Source: a virus
Lineage: Duplodnaviria > Caudoviricetes
Strand: one strand, 5' to 3'
DNA length: 64,000 nt
IMG/VR virus record: IMGVR_UViG_3300014057_000005
Coordinates: 1 to 64,000 of that record
The notes beneath the pieces are model-generated. The model was not told the DNA's origin. It saw only the letters and a list, made by a program, of their open reading frames with translations, and ran no database searches. The first letter of the stretch is position 1, and every line of letters starts with the position of its first letter. A program made the translations under genes and the position numbers. This document shows positions 38,473-49,328 of this stretch, one piece after another.

Positions 38473-41400
38473 ATGGCAACAAAAGCAGTTGGGCAGATTA
38501 CCGTTTTCGACTATAGCGATGGCTATTCGGTAATGCTCACAAATCCTTCTTATACGTTTATAGGCGACGAGGACTCGGTGCGTGGCGTACAATCCGTTAC
38601 GACCAGAGTGGTCGCCATGCAAGGAGCATCCCAGATTAACGCCTCGGTTGACACGAGCCAGATTATTAAACCTACTGGATTTACGGTGACATCGAACGGG
38701 GCTACGCCTTCGCCCACTCTTACAATTCAGGCAAATCAATCGGTAACAGACGCGGGTGTTCTTACTATCCCTGTGACTGTAGCAACTGGTGTAACCGTAA
38801 GTTTGCAATGGTCTTATTCGATTGCGTTTACAGGTGGGAAGGGTGATACAGGAGATGCTGGAAGAGGTGTTACTGGTACTACAGTTCAATATGCTCCGGG
38901 GACTCTCCCGACGACTCCACCAAGCTCTGGATGGGATGACACAGTGCCGAGCGTTGATGAGGGGAAATATCTCTGGGTTAAAACAGTTTTTACTTATTCC
39001 TCTGGCGACCCGGTAACAACCTATAGCGTCGCGAAACAGGGCGAAAAGGGAAGCACAGGCAATGGTATCTCTTCGACCGTTGTAGAATACGCAGAATCTA
39101 CAAGCGGAGTAACACCCCCGACAACAATCGCGAGTTGGGGATCAGACATCCCGAATGTAGCGCAAGGTAATTATCTGTGGACTCGCACAACGACAAACTA
39201 TACCGGGTCTAACCCGACGGTTAGCTATAGTGTCGCCAGAATTGGAATGGATGGAGAACCTGCGACTACCTATTCTCTGATTGTTTCACATGCGGCGATT
39301 GTAAAGTCTGCGAGCGGAACTTTTTCTCCTACATCCATCACGCTGACAGCAAAATCTCAGACCGGAACGAACGCTTATGCGAACTACTCCGGCAGATTCA
39401 AGATTGAAGTGTATAACGGTTCTTCTTGGTCTACAAAGTACACTTCCAGTTCAAACGAGAACACAAAGTCTTATACGATTCCTTCCGGTACAACACAAGT
39501 TCGGTGTTCTCTCTATCTTGCGGGTGGAACAACCACGCTTCTGGATCAGCAAACGGTTCCCGTGGTTTCTGATGGTACTTCGGTTACGATTACTTCCAAA
39601 TCCGTTAAGTACCAGAAAGGAACGAGCGGGACTACCGCGCCGACAGGAACATGGGGCGATTCTATCCCGTCCAATATCGGTGAGAACGAATATCTGTGGA
39701 CGCAGACCATCGTGAACTATTCTGATGGCAACAGCACGGAAGCATATAGCGTGTCGCGGAACGCGGCTAATGGTTTTTCTCCTACTGTTTCGTCTACAAC
39801 GGTTGAGTATGTAGAAAGCACAAGCGGAACGGCGCATCCTACAAGCGGATGGAGCACAACGCCGCCGACAACTATGACCGCCGGACGGTATATGTGGACG
39901 AAGACCACGGTTACATATGACGATGGGAACACTTCGGAATCCTACGCGGTATCGCGGAACGGCTCAAATGGCGGGGATGCCTATACTGTTATTCTTGATA
40001 ATGAAAGCCACACATTCGCGGGCGGCACAAGCGCAGCGATTGCGGGTACGGCTACGGTAAATGTGTACGCCTATAAAGGCACGACAGCCATTGCACCTGC
40101 CGTAACGAAAGCAAATATCAGCGGACTTCCTACGGGTATGTCTGTCCAATCCGTCACGAACGACAGCACGAATAAGAAATCGACCATTGTTTTTGCGGTC
40201 ACTACTTCGATGGTGACAAGAAGCGGCATGGTCACGATTCCTGTTACGGCTGATAGCAAAACATTCAATAAGGAATTCAGCTATTCGCTGGCGTTGCAAG
40301 GAACGAAGGGCGATAAAGGCGATACTGGCAAATCCTTAACTGGCATCACTGAGTATTATGCGCGGAATAATTCAACTACCGCGCCTGCCGATTCTGCTTT
40401 TAACACTTCGGTTCTCACTCCTACTGCTTCGGAAAAGTATGTCTGGAACTATGAGCAGTTATCATGGAATGACAACGGCACGACAAGTACGACAAAAACC
40501 ACGAAGCACATCATCGCGGTATACGGTGATAAGGGAGAAACGGGCGATAAGGGCAACACAGGCAAATCGCTTACGAATGTTACCGAATACTACGCCGTCA
40601 ATAACTCAACTACCGCGCCTGCGGACAGCAGTTTCAGCACGACAGTTGCGGCTCCCACTTCGAGCAATAAGTATCTGTGGAACTATGAATTGCTTACTTG
40701 GGATGATAATGGCACGACAAGCACCACGAAGACCGATAAGCATATCGCGGCAGTATATGGAGATAAGGGCGATAAAGGTGACACTGGAAAAGCATTGACC
40801 GGAATCACGGAATACTACGCTCTGAACAATTCGACTACTGCTCCGGCAGATTCTTCGTTCAGCACAACCGTTAAAACACCAACGGCATCCAACAAATATG
40901 TTTGGAATTACGAACAGCTTTCGTGGAACGATAACGGGACTACAAGCACCACGAAGACTACAAAACATATTGTTGCTGTCTACGGGGATAAAGGCGATCA
41001 AGGTGACAAGGGCAACACCGGTAAGGCACTGACCGGAATAACAGAGTATTACGCGATTAACAATTCGACTACTGTTCCGGCAGACAGTGCGTTCGATACC
41101 TCTGTCAAAGCCCCTACATCTTCGAACAAATACCTCTGGAACTATGAATTACTCGCGTGGAACGACAACGGAACAACGAGTACGACTAAAACGGATAAAC
41201 ACATTGCTGCGATTTATGGTGACAAAGGTGATAAAGGTGATACCGGAGTAAGCATTTCGTCCGTAACGAATTATTACCTTGCGACTTCTGCATCGAGTGG
41301 CGTGACTACTTCGACTTCTGGCTGGACTACAACCGTTCAGACGATGGATTCCACAAAACAGTACCTGTGGAATTACGAAGTCATTAAGGGAAGCAATAAT

Positions 41401-44400
41401 TCAACGCTCAACACGACAACTCCCGTAATTATCGGGCGTTACGGTCAGAACGGTGGCAAGGGCGATAAAGGTGATACCGGAAGAGGAATCACAAGCATCG
41501 CGGAGCATTATCAAGTATCTTCGTCAAACACCACCGCGCCTTCAAGCTGGTCTGATACGATGGTCAATACCACGGCTACGAATAAGTATCTGTGGAATTA
41601 TGAGACGATCACCTACACGGACGGCACAACTGAGGACAGCACGAAACGTGTTATCGGCACTCATGGCGAAAAAGGTGACACTGGCGCATCAATCGCATCC
41701 GTCACCAACTATTACCTCGCATCGGCATCTTCAAGCGGAGTGACCACCTCGACAAGCGGTTGGACAACGAATCCGACAGCATCGGCAGCCACGATGACTT
41801 CTACAAAGCAGTATCTTTGGAATTACGAGGTCATCAAGGATAGCAACAATACAACGATAACAACCACTAGCCCTGTTATCATCGGCAGATACGGGCAAAA
41901 TGGCGGTACAGGTTCAGCCGGAAAAGGCATCACCGGAATTACAGAATACTATCTTGCCACAAGTGCTTCAAGCGGTGTAACCACCTCGACAAGTGGGTGG
42001 ACTACTGCTGTTCAATCCACGACAGCTACGAATAAGTATCTCTGGAACTATGAGGCTATCAGCTATACGAGCGGTAATCCGTATACATCTGATCCGCGTA
42101 TCATTGGCACTTATGGAGATAAGGGCAATAAAGGCGACAAGGGGGATAAAGGTGATAAAGGTGATAAAGGCGATCGCGGCGCGACATGGTACGCAGGCAC
42201 GGGCATCACTGGCACATCCACAACAGCCACAACATTCAGCGGTTCCGGAGTGGCTTCTGCCATAGTTGGTGACCATTACCTTAATACGTCCACACAGAAC
42301 GTATATCGTTGTACGGTTGCAGGCGCGGCATCTACCGCAAAGTGGGTGTACGAGCAGAATATCAAGGGCGCACGGGGAACACAGGGTGTTAAAGGTGATA
42401 CTGGAGATACTTGCTACTTCCATATCAAGTATTCCAATGACGGCGGCGCGACATTCACTGGCAACTCCGGCGAGGATGCTGGCTCGTATATCGGCACATA
42501 TTCCGACAACACAGAAGCCGACAGCACATCTGTATCATCCTATAAGTGGGTAAAGATTGAAGGCGATGACGGCACATCCGTTACCGTATCTTCTATCAAG
42601 TACGCGGTCAGCACAACGGAATCTCAGCCTGCCGACAGTGCGTTCACCTATAATTCCGTCCCGACAGTTGCCGAAGGACGCTGGCTCTGGACGCTGACAA
42701 CCTATAGCAATGGCAGTAAGGCGTATACGAAAGCGAAGCAGGGGCAGAAAGGCAATGCCGGAACTTCGGTAACGGTTTCTTCGATAAAATACGCCGTGAC
42801 CACAACGGAATCACAGCCCGCTGATTCGGCATTTACTTATAACTCAGTCCCGACAGTAGCGGAGGGTTCGTGGCTTTGGACGCTGACTACGTTCAGCAAC
42901 GGTTCGAAAATATACTCCAAAGCGAAACAGGGCAAAGCCGGAACAAACGGAACAACCTTCACTCCTTCTGTAGACGCAAGCGGCAATATCTCGTGGACAA
43001 ATGATGGCGGGAAGACGAATCCCACTGCGGTAAATATTAAGGGGCCGCAGGGCGATAAAGGAGATAAAGGCGTTGGCGTTACCAGCATCACAAAGACCGG
43101 AACGAGCGGGACGGTAGACACTTACACAATCAAATACACCGATAACACCTCAACAACCTTCACCGTAACCAATGGAACGAACGGTACAAACGGAACATCT
43201 GCGGAATGGTTCTACGGCACAGCCCTGACGCATACATCCGGCACAGCTACTGCTACGATAAGCGGAGCGAAGGTCGGGGATATGTACCTCAATACCGCTA
43301 CAAGCAACGTGTATAAGTGTACTGCCAAAAATGTCTGGACTTATGCCGGGAATATTGCGGACGGAGTTATCGACAATATTAGCATTGGTGGAAGGAATTT
43401 ACTTGGGCGTACTGCAAATCCAGTAGTTCCCGAAATGGTAGACGGTTCGGCGAACGCTACTTTTGGAACTATAGCCACCTATAATACACATGATATAACT
43501 TTTAATATTGAGAGATTTGATGATGCATCAAACGCGATTGTTTGGACAGATAGTTCTACTGGCAATCGTGGCATTGCTTGGTATACAGGAGTAGGCATAG
43601 TTGCCAAAGGCGAAACCGTTACGTTTTCATGCATGGCAAAGTCGAGCGTGGCTACCACGATCCATACCCATACCGCATGGAGAAAAGGTTCGAAAACCGC
43701 AAGATATGATGGTTGGACTTCGGCGGGTTCAAAAAGTATAGCGGCAAATATTTGGACAAAATACGAGTATACTTTTCAATCCGCGTCCGCTTTTGATGAG
43801 GGGGAATTTCTGGTCGCGCTGTGTTTCTCGGGCGTTTCAACTGGTGCAACATTTAGTATAGCACAAGCGAAACTCGAAAAAGGCAACATTGCTACTGGTT
43901 GGACTCCTGCTCCAGAGGATGTGCAAGCAGATATTGAAGCGGTTCAAGAAGCTGCGGACGAAGCTCAAGCCACAGCAGACCGCAAGAAGCAGACTTTCAT
44001 CTCAACACCGACTACTCCATATTACGTCGGAGATACGTATTTCGTTAACGGCAAACTGCTTGTCTGTCGTACGGAAAGGCTTACCGGATCGTATACAGCA
44101 GATGACTGGTCTGAAGATCTAGGCTATGCGTCGTCCGATACGGTTGCGACACTGGAAGCCAGCACAAAGACCGAACTCGACACCATCAGAAGCGAAGCAT
44201 CTGCGAACTATACTTCGCTGTCGGATTCTCTCGACAAGATACAGGCAAGCTTCAACACGCAGGTCGAGCAGACTTCAGAAGACTTCTCGATCCGCATCAA
44301 CGGTCTGCTAGAATCGCTGACATCGCTTGCGAACGATACTTCTACTAAGTTCGCGGAATATTCGAAGTATTTTCGATTTACTGCGGACGGTCTGGAAATC

Positions 44401-44619
44401 GGAGAGGAAAGCAATGCTTTAACGCTTGTTCTAGACAACGACAAGATCTCGTTCTGGCGCAATGGAGTTGAATTCTCTTATTGGGACGGCTCAGACAATT
44501 CGTTCCACGTCGGAGATATTATTGTAGACGTAAATCAGGTGGCGCGATTCGGCAGCTTCGGTCTGGTTCCGCTTGAGGGTGGCGATCTGGCTTGGAAATG
44601 GCTTGGTGGTTCGACATAA
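38473..44619 (+). CDS. Large tail fibre/host-specificity protein with tandem modules, collagen-like linkers and a CBM-like domain
   Basis: Repeated EYY...YLW(T/N) modules, GDKGDTG triplets, IGGRNLL...KLEKGNIATGWTPAPED; AAGGAGG RBS before ATG at 38473. Confidence 0.85.
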   Translation: MATKAVGQITVFDYSDGYSVMLTNPSYTFIGDEDSVRGVQSVTTRVVAMQGASQINASVDTSQIIKPTGFTVTSNGATPSPTLTIQANQSVTDAGVLTIPVTVATGVTVSLQWSYSIAFTGGKGDTGDAGRGVTGTTVQYAPGTLPTTPPSSGWDDTVPSVDEGKYLWVKTVFTYSSGDPVTTYSVAKQGEKGSTGNGISSTVVEYAESTSGVTPPTTIASWGSDIPNVAQGNYLWTRTTTNYTGSNPTVSYSVARIGMDGEPATTYSLIVSHAAIVKSASGTFSPTSITLTAKSQTGTNAYANYSGRFKIEVYNGSSWSTKYTSSSNENTKSYTIPSGTTQVRCSLYLAGGTTTLLDQQTVPVVSDGTSVTITSKSVKYQKGTSGTTAPTGTWGDSIPSNIGENEYLWTQTIVNYSDGNSTEAYSVSRNAANGFSPTVSSTTVEYVESTSGTAHPTSGWSTTPPTTMTAGRYMWTKTTVTYDDGNTSESYAVSRNGSNGGDAYTVILDNESHTFAGGTSAAIAGTATVNVYAYKGTTAIAPAVTKANISGLPTGMSVQSVTNDSTNKKSTIVFAVTTSMVTRSGMVTIPVTADSKTFNKEFSYSLALQGTKGDKGDTGKSLTGITEYYARNNSTTAPADSAFNTSVLTPTASEKYVWNYEQLSWNDNGTTSTTKTTKHIIAVYGDKGETGDKGNTGKSLTNVTEYYAVNNSTTAPADSSFSTTVAAPTSSNKYLWNYELLTWDDNGTTSTTKTDKHIAAVYGDKGDKGDTGKALTGITEYYALNNSTTAPADSSFSTTVKTPTASNKYVWNYEQLSWNDNGTTSTTKTTKHIVAVYGDKGDQGDKGNTGKALTGITEYYAINNSTTVPADSAFDTSVKAPTSSNKYLWNYELLAWNDNGTTSTTKTDKHIAAIYGDKGDKGDTGVSISSVTNYYLATSASSGVTTSTSGWTTTVQTMDSTKQYLWNYEVIKGSNNSTLNTTTPVIIGRYGQNGGKGDKGDTGRGITSIAEHYQVSSSNTTAPSSWSDTMVNTTATNKYLWNYETITYTDGTTEDSTKRVIGTHGEKGDTGASIASVTNYYLASASSSGVTTSTSGWTTNPTASAATMTSTKQYLWNYEVIKDSNNTTITTTSPVIIGRYGQNGGTGSAGKGITGITEYYLATSASSGVTTSTSGWTTAVQSTTATNKYLWNYEAISYTSGNPYTSDPRIIGTYGDKGNKGDKGDKGDKGDKGDRGATWYAGTGITGTSTTATTFSGSGVASAIVGDHYLNTSTQNVYRCTVAGAASTAKWVYEQNIKGARGTQGVKGDTGDTCYFHIKYSNDGGATFTGNSGEDAGSYIGTYSDNTEADSTSVSSYKWVKIEGDDGTSVTVSSIKYAVSTTESQPADSAFTYNSVPTVAEGRWLWTLTTYSNGSKAYTKAKQGQKGNAGTSVTVSSIKYAVTTTESQPADSAFTYNSVPTVAEGSWLWTLTTFSNGSKIYSKAKQGKAGTNGTTFTPSVDASGNISWTNDGGKTNPTAVNIKGPQGDKGDKGVGVTSITKTGTSGTVDTYTIKYTDNTSTTFTVTNGTNGTNGTSAEWFYGTALTHTSGTATATISGAKVGDMYLNTATSNVYKCTAKNVWTYAGNIADGVIDNISIGGRNLLGRTANPVVPEMVDGSANATFGTIATYNTHDITFNIERFDDASNAIVWTDSSTGNRGIAWYTGVGIVAKGETVTFSCMAKSSVATTIHTHTAWRKGSKTARYDGWTSAGSKSIAANIWTKYEYTFQSASAFDEGEFLVALCFSGVSTGATFSIAQAKLEKGNIATGWTPAPEDVQADIEAVQEAADEAQATADRKKQTFISTPTTPYYVGDTYFVNGKLLVCRTERLTGSYTADDWSEDLGYASSDTVATLEASTKTELDTIRSEASANYTSLSDSLDKIQASFNTQVEQTSEDFSIRINGLLESLTSLANDTSTKFAEYSKYFRFTADGLEIGEESNALTLVLDNDKISFWRNGVEFSYWDGSDNSFHVGDIIVDVNQVARFGSFGLVPLEGGDLAWKWLGGST
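40308..41245 (+). repeat. Four near-identical ~77-aa modules in the fibre gene
   Basis: GK(S/A)LT..TEYYA.NNSTT.PADS.F...KY.WNYE.L.W.DNGTTSTTKT.KHI.A.YGDKG occurs four times. Confidence 0.85.
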
Positions 44620-44633
44620 GGAGGTGAGATTAC

Positions 44634-46817
44634 ATGGCATTATCAGGTTCCGTAACAACTACCGGAGGGTATGATGGTCGCAATCTCACCCTCTCGTGGA
44701 CTGCTACACAAAACATAGATACCAATAAGTCAACCGTTAGCTGGACATTAAGTAACAGTGGCGGTGATGCAAGTTGGTATGCGATGCGTCATCTTATCGT
44801 AACCATTGATGGCACGACTGTTTATACTCGAGACGCACGGTATGAGCAGTACGCAGGCACGATCTCTTCCGGCAGCATCACACTGAGTCATGACAGTAAT
44901 GGTCAAAAGTCGTTCGCCGTAACGATTCAGGCTGCGGTCTACAATTCGGCAGTAAATGCCAGAGCAAACAAGACCTTTACGCTCGACCGGATCTACCGTA
45001 CAAGCACGCTGTCTTCCGACAACTTCACAATGGGGACAGCCGGGACGATCACGGTCACGCAGGCAAATACTGCCTATACGCACACCGTAACGTACAGTTT
45101 CGGCTCGAAGACCGGCACAATCGTAGAGAAATCTTCTGCGACCTCGCTCTCGTTCACGCCGCCGACCTCTCTGGCAAGCGAGGTTCCGAACACAACTTCT
45201 GGAACGCTGACGCTGACCTGTGAGACCTTCAACGGCACGACAAGTCTGGGGACAACGAGCATAACCAAAACTCTGACCGTTCCAGATTCGATCAAACCGA
45301 CAGTTAGCTCGGCTACGTATGCAAACACGAACAACTCTCTGGGCGTGTATGCGGCTACGCTTTCCGCAATCAAAATGACGGCGATTTCCGCCACGGCAGG
45401 CACAGGAGCGACGATCCAGTCTTATTCAACGACGTTTAACGGTCAGACCTACAACGGAACGTCCTTCACAACAGCAATTCCCGCGACATCAGGATCGTAT
45501 AATCTTGTAATAACGGTTACAGATAGTCGTGGACGGACAGGGACCAAGACATACACGATCGCGTATGCTGCTTATTCTGCTCCCACTTTATCGTTTACTG
45601 CGGTTAGGACTAATGCTTCTGGAAACGCGGACGATACCGGGGCGTACATGAAATTCACCATGACCGGCACAGCGTGTTCTGTCAAGTCGGGCTCTACTGA
45701 GAAGAACAGTGCGACCGGCAAGATCGAATACCGCAAGGTCGGGGGCAGCACATGGACAACGCTGAATGCTACGGCTTCCGGTCTTAATGCGACTTATTCC
45801 GGTGTGGTGGCAGCGGCTGCTTCCGATGCTTATGAAGTGATCGCATCAGTGACGGACAAAGCCGGAACAACAACGGTCAAGAACGTAACCGTTTCCAGTG
45901 CATCTTATCCGATGACTTTCTATCGCGGCGGCAAGGGTGTCGCGTTCGGAAGAGTAGCGAATAAAAACGGCTTCGTTTGCGAGATGGACGCGGAATTTAC
46001 TGGCGGGTTTAAGGCGAATGGGGTGAGGTTGCTGGGAGGAACGACAACTATTGCCAATGGCACAAACCTCAACACGCTCACCACACTCGGAGAATACGTT
46101 GTTTATGATGCGGGCGCAAAGACTTGTACAAACACGCCTTGGGGAACGGCAGCTTCAAATAATGCACAAGCGTTTCGCCTTACTGTTGAGCGGTCGCTTC
46201 GCAGTGGGGATTCTGTCTATCTCCGGCAGACATTATTCCCATATAACAATGCCAATGGGTACAAACGATGGTCAACGAATTCCGGTTCTACATGGACTGG
46301 CTGGTACTTGATACAAGCAGACCTCGGAAGAAAAGCTGACCTCGCTTCCCCTACCTTCACCGGCACTCCGAAAGCGCCAACAGCGGCATCCGGCACAAAC
46401 ACCACGCAGATTGCGACTACAGCGTTTGTGCAAGCGGCGTTGCTCCAAAATGTTCTTACTACAACGGCACTGGAAGCATCGACTTCATGCATCACTTCAG
46501 CGCAATCGAGCAGTTCTAATCGTGTTAGTAACTTCAAAGGCGGGTTTATCCGGATTGGTGACTTAGTGTTTGTCAGCTTCTACTGTAAGGCATTGATGAA
46601 CTTGGCGGAAGCTGATTACTGGACGATTGCCAGAGGCTTCCCGAAAGCGTGGGCAACCACCGCACTTTCTGCATCGTTTTTCAAGACAAAGGGCGCAATG
46701 AACGGCTATATCAATACGGACGGCGAACTGCTTATCACGCTTGATTCCTACAGTGTGGCAACGGGCGAATATATTTGTGTCAGCGGTTTTTACATTGCAA
46801 AACCAGTGACAACGTAA
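44634..46817 (+). CDS. DUF859-like siphovirus baseplate/receptor-binding protein
   Basis: LSWTATQNIDTNKSTV, SHDSNGQKSF, GKGVAFG, knob-like segment, LASPTFTGTPKAPTA. Confidence 0.75.
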   Translation: MALSGSVTTTGGYDGRNLTLSWTATQNIDTNKSTVSWTLSNSGGDASWYAMRHLIVTIDGTTVYTRDARYEQYAGTISSGSITLSHDSNGQKSFAVTIQAAVYNSAVNARANKTFTLDRIYRTSTLSSDNFTMGTAGTITVTQANTAYTHTVTYSFGSKTGTIVEKSSATSLSFTPPTSLASEVPNTTSGTLTLTCETFNGTTSLGTTSITKTLTVPDSIKPTVSSATYANTNNSLGVYAATLSAIKMTAISATAGTGATIQSYSTTFNGQTYNGTSFTTAIPATSGSYNLVITVTDSRGRTGTKTYTIAYAAYSAPTLSFTAVRTNASGNADDTGAYMKFTMTGTACSVKSGSTEKNSATGKIEYRKVGGSTWTTLNATASGLNATYSGVVAAAASDAYEVIASVTDKAGTTTVKNVTVSSASYPMTFYRGGKGVAFGRVANKNGFVCEMDAEFTGGFKANGVRLLGGTTTIANGTNLNTLTTLGEYVVYDAGAKTCTNTPWGTAASNNAQAFRLTVERSLRSGDSVYLRQTLFPYNNANGYKRWSTNSGSTWTGWYLIQADLGRKADLASPTFTGTPKAPTAASGTNTTQIATTAFVQAALLQNVLTTTALEASTSCITSAQSSSSNRVSNFKGGFIRIGDLVFVSFYCKALMNLAEADYWTIARGFPKAWATTALSASFFKTKGAMNGYINTDGELLITLDSYSVATGEYICVSGFYIAKPVTT

Positions 46818-46829
46818 AAGGAGAACAGG

Positions 46830-47093
46830 ATGATTACAAGATATTTCAAAGTAATTGAGAGTGGGAAGATCGTCTCGGTCGGCATGGGAACAGGTGGAAC
46901 GGAAATCGACCACGAAGAATATGCAGACATTGTGGCTGCAATCGGCGCACTCCCAAAACCAAATGACGATTGGATTTATTCTCTCAACGAGGACTTGACG
47001 GTTAGCCGTGAGGTTAACCCGAATCCGGCAACGATGGATGAAAACGACAGATACGCCTACGCAGGCAGGATCTTACTGGGGGTGGAAGAATGA
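46830..47093 (+). CDS. Small tail-associated protein
   Basis: AAGGAG RBS; ends AGRILLG, similar to the end of 50879-51115. Confidence 0.6.
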   Translation: MITRYFKVIESGKIVSVGMGTGGTEIDHEEYADIVAAIGALPKPNDDWIYSLNEDLTVSREVNPNPATMDENDRYAYAGRILLGVEE

Positions 47094-47704
47094 GCGACAT
47101 TGTAGAAAGAGCAAGAGAGCTTCGCAGAACAATTGAGGGGCTTGCCGAAGAACATCTTACGGACACGGAAGGGCTTGAAAACGTGGAACTGTTCCCGTGG
47201 TACGAAGTAGGCGTGGACTACGCGGTAGGCGATCGCTTCCAGTACGACGGCGAACTATACAAGGTCTTGCAGGCGCACACCTCACAGCAGAGTTGGGTGC
47301 CGGGGACTGGTACAGAATCACTCTACATTAGAGTAGACGATATTCATGCGGGAACGGCAGATGATCCGATCCCGTACAACGGCAACATGGAACTTGTCGA
47401 AAACCTGTACTACACACAGGGCGGCGTACTCTACAGATGTACCAGAAGCACCGGGACGGCGGTCTACAACGCCCTGTCTGAACTGGTCGGGCTTTATGTC
47501 GAAGTGGTCACAAGCGGCACGGAAGAGCCGACAGAACCGGAAGAGCCGACAGGCGATGAGGTTGCAGAGTGGGTGCAGCCGGACAGCACGAATCCCTACA
47601 TGACGGGGGACAGGGTTCTGCACAACGGCTCGACTTGGGAATCGACTGTTGATAACAACGTCTGGGAACCGGGCGTATACGGCTGGGCAGAAGCCACCGA
47701 ATAA
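47090..47704 (+). CDS. Carbohydrate-binding (CBM5/12-like) tail accessory protein
   Basis: YAVGDRFQYDGELYKVLQAHTSQ..W.P; YMTGDRV...NVWEPG. Confidence 0.75.
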   Translation: MSDIVERARELRRTIEGLAEEHLTDTEGLENVELFPWYEVGVDYAVGDRFQYDGELYKVLQAHTSQQSWVPGTGTESLYIRVDDIHAGTADDPIPYNGNMELVENLYYTQGGVLYRCTRSTGTAVYNALSELVGLYVEVVTSGTEEPTEPEEPTGDEVAEWVQPDSTNPYMTGDRVLHNGSTWESTVDNNVWEPGVYGWAEATE

Positions 47705-47722
47705 ACGAAAGGGGACGGTCTT

Positions 47723-48052
47723 ATGAGTTATTCCGTTGATGGGACGAAGATCACCATGACACGGGGCGATACCGTCAGGATTCAAGTGGCTATCGACATT
47801 GATGGCGAAGAGTACACGCCACAGGAAGGGGATGTAGTTCGTTTCGCGGCAAAAAAGGCGTGGACGGACGACGAACCGTGTGTTTACGTTGACATCCCGA
47901 ACGATACGCTTGTTCTGACGATTAGCCCAGAAGATACAAAACAGCTTGAATTTGGCGCGTATAACTACGACCTACAGATTACTTTCGCCAATGGCGACGT
48001 AGCAACTTTCGTGACCAAGGCGAAGCTAAAAATCGAAGAAGAAGCTGATTAA
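47723..48052 (+). CDS. BppU N-terminal-like Ig-fold protein
   Basis: ITMTRGDT...LTISPEDT...YNYDLQI. Confidence 0.65.
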   Translation: MSYSVDGTKITMTRGDTVRIQVAIDIDGEEYTPQEGDVVRFAAKKAWTDDEPCVYVDIPNDTLVLTISPEDTKQLEFGAYNYDLQITFANGDVATFVTKAKLKIEEEAD

Positions 48053-48063
48053 GGAGGGTCGTT

Positions 48064-48339
48064 ATGACAACGAGAGTAGACGTCTCCATATCTCCGGGTG
48101 ATGCGGTTTTATCCGGCACGGTTACAAGGAACGGGACGCTTACGGCATCGCTTAATCGAAATGGCAGAACAATAGGCGGATCTGTCGCTCCCGGTTCAAG
48201 CGGTGCAGGCACATCAGATTATGAACGGCTAAGAAACAAGCCGCAAATCGAATCTGTGGAACTTATAGGAAACAAATCATTTGAGGAACTTGGCCTTGAG
48301 CCGATCACAAGTGATGAACTGATTGACATTCTTTATTGA
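48064..48339 (+). CDS. Small virion accessory protein
   Basis: DYERLRNKPQIESVELIGNKSFEELG. Confidence 0.65.
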   Translation: MTTRVDVSISPGDAVLSGTVTRNGTLTASLNRNGRTIGGSVAPGSSGAGTSDYERLRNKPQIESVELIGNKSFEELGLEPITSDELIDILY

Positions 48340-48342
48340 GGT

Positions 48343-48906
48343 GTGAAATGGCAAAAAAAATATCTTGATAAAACTGGTCTGGCTCTTGTCTGGGAGAAAA
48401 TCAAAAACGATCTGTCGGGGAAGGTGGACAAGGTAGACGGCAAGGGGCTTTCCAGTAACGACTACACATCGACAGAAAAGACGAAACTGGCGAACGTGGC
48501 ATCTGGCGCACAGGTCAACGTTCTGGAAGGGATTCAGAAGAACGGCGATACTGTTCAGATCGTAAACAAGATTGCAAATATTTCTGTTCCGACAAAGACT
48601 TCTGATATCACCAACGATTCCGGCTTTATTACAACGTCCGATGTGAGCACGGCAATTGCTACGGCTGTTGCGGGTATTACCTCCTTCGAATATGAGGTTG
48701 TCCAGTCCCTTCCGGCAGAGGGCGAAGCAGGCGTGATCTATCTTGTGGCCCATTCTCACGGCGCGGGCGATTCCTATGATGAGTATATCTGGGTGAGCAA
48801 CGCGTTTGAGAAAATCGGCAATACGGATATTGACTTGTCTGGCTACGTTCTCAGTTCTGACCTTGTGGCAATCACGAGCACAGAGATCAATACCATCTGC
48901 GTGTAA
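48343..48906 (+). CDS. Fibre-like protein; natural ATG (48348) is out of frame at an A8 run
   Basis: KVDKVDGKGLSSNDYT.TEK.KL, VPTKTSDITNDSGF, YDEYIW motifs. Confidence 0.7.
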   Translation: MKWQKKYLDKTGLALVWEKIKNDLSGKVDKVDGKGLSSNDYTSTEKTKLANVASGAQVNVLEGIQKNGDTVQIVNKIANISVPTKTSDITNDSGFITTSDVSTAIATAVAGITSFEYEVVQSLPAEGEAGVIYLVAHSHGAGDSYDEYIWVSNAFEKIGNTDIDLSGYVLSSDLVAITSTEINTICV

Positions 48907-48920
48907 AGGGGGTGGCTTAG

Positions 48921-49109
48921 TTGGCTACCAACTATTTAGATAAAACTGGTCTGGGGACGCTGTGGGGGAAGATTAAAGCACTTGTCCCACAGCCAGAGGA
49001 CGATGAGAACGTGCTGAACCTTCTCACGGAATTTGGCTATTCAACTGCCGTCGAAGATGCTGACGGATATGTGATTACAGACGTGGACGATAATATTATC
49101 CTTGGCTAA
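48921..49109 (+). CDS. Small protein sharing the YLDKTGL..W.KIK N-terminus with the upstream gene
   Basis: TTG start with RBS; paralogous N-terminus. Confidence 0.6.
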   Translation: MATNYLDKTGLGTLWGKIKALVPQPEDDENVLNLLTEFGYSTAVEDADGYVITDVDDNIILG

Positions 49110-49127
49110 TCAAAGGAGGTTTTTATA

Positions 49128-49310
49128 ATGGCAGATTTAACTACAAAAACACTAAATGAACTGGATACGGTCGATTCCGTAGCCAGTACAGACCATGTGC
49201 TGATTGAAAGCGGTGGTCGAATGAAACGCGCAGACAGTTCGCTTGTGGGCGGTGCATCATATGTGCTTTACGCAAGTGATTTTAAGGCTTCGGATATCAT
49301 CCTTGGTTAA
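49128..49310 (+). CDS. Truncated tandem duplicate of the next gene
   Basis: First 53 aa near-identical to 49329-49772. Confidence 0.6.
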   Translation: MADLTTKTLNELDTVDSVASTDHVLIESGGRMKRADSSLVGGASYVLYASDFKASDIILG

Positions 49311-49328
49311 TAAAAGGAGAGTTTTATT

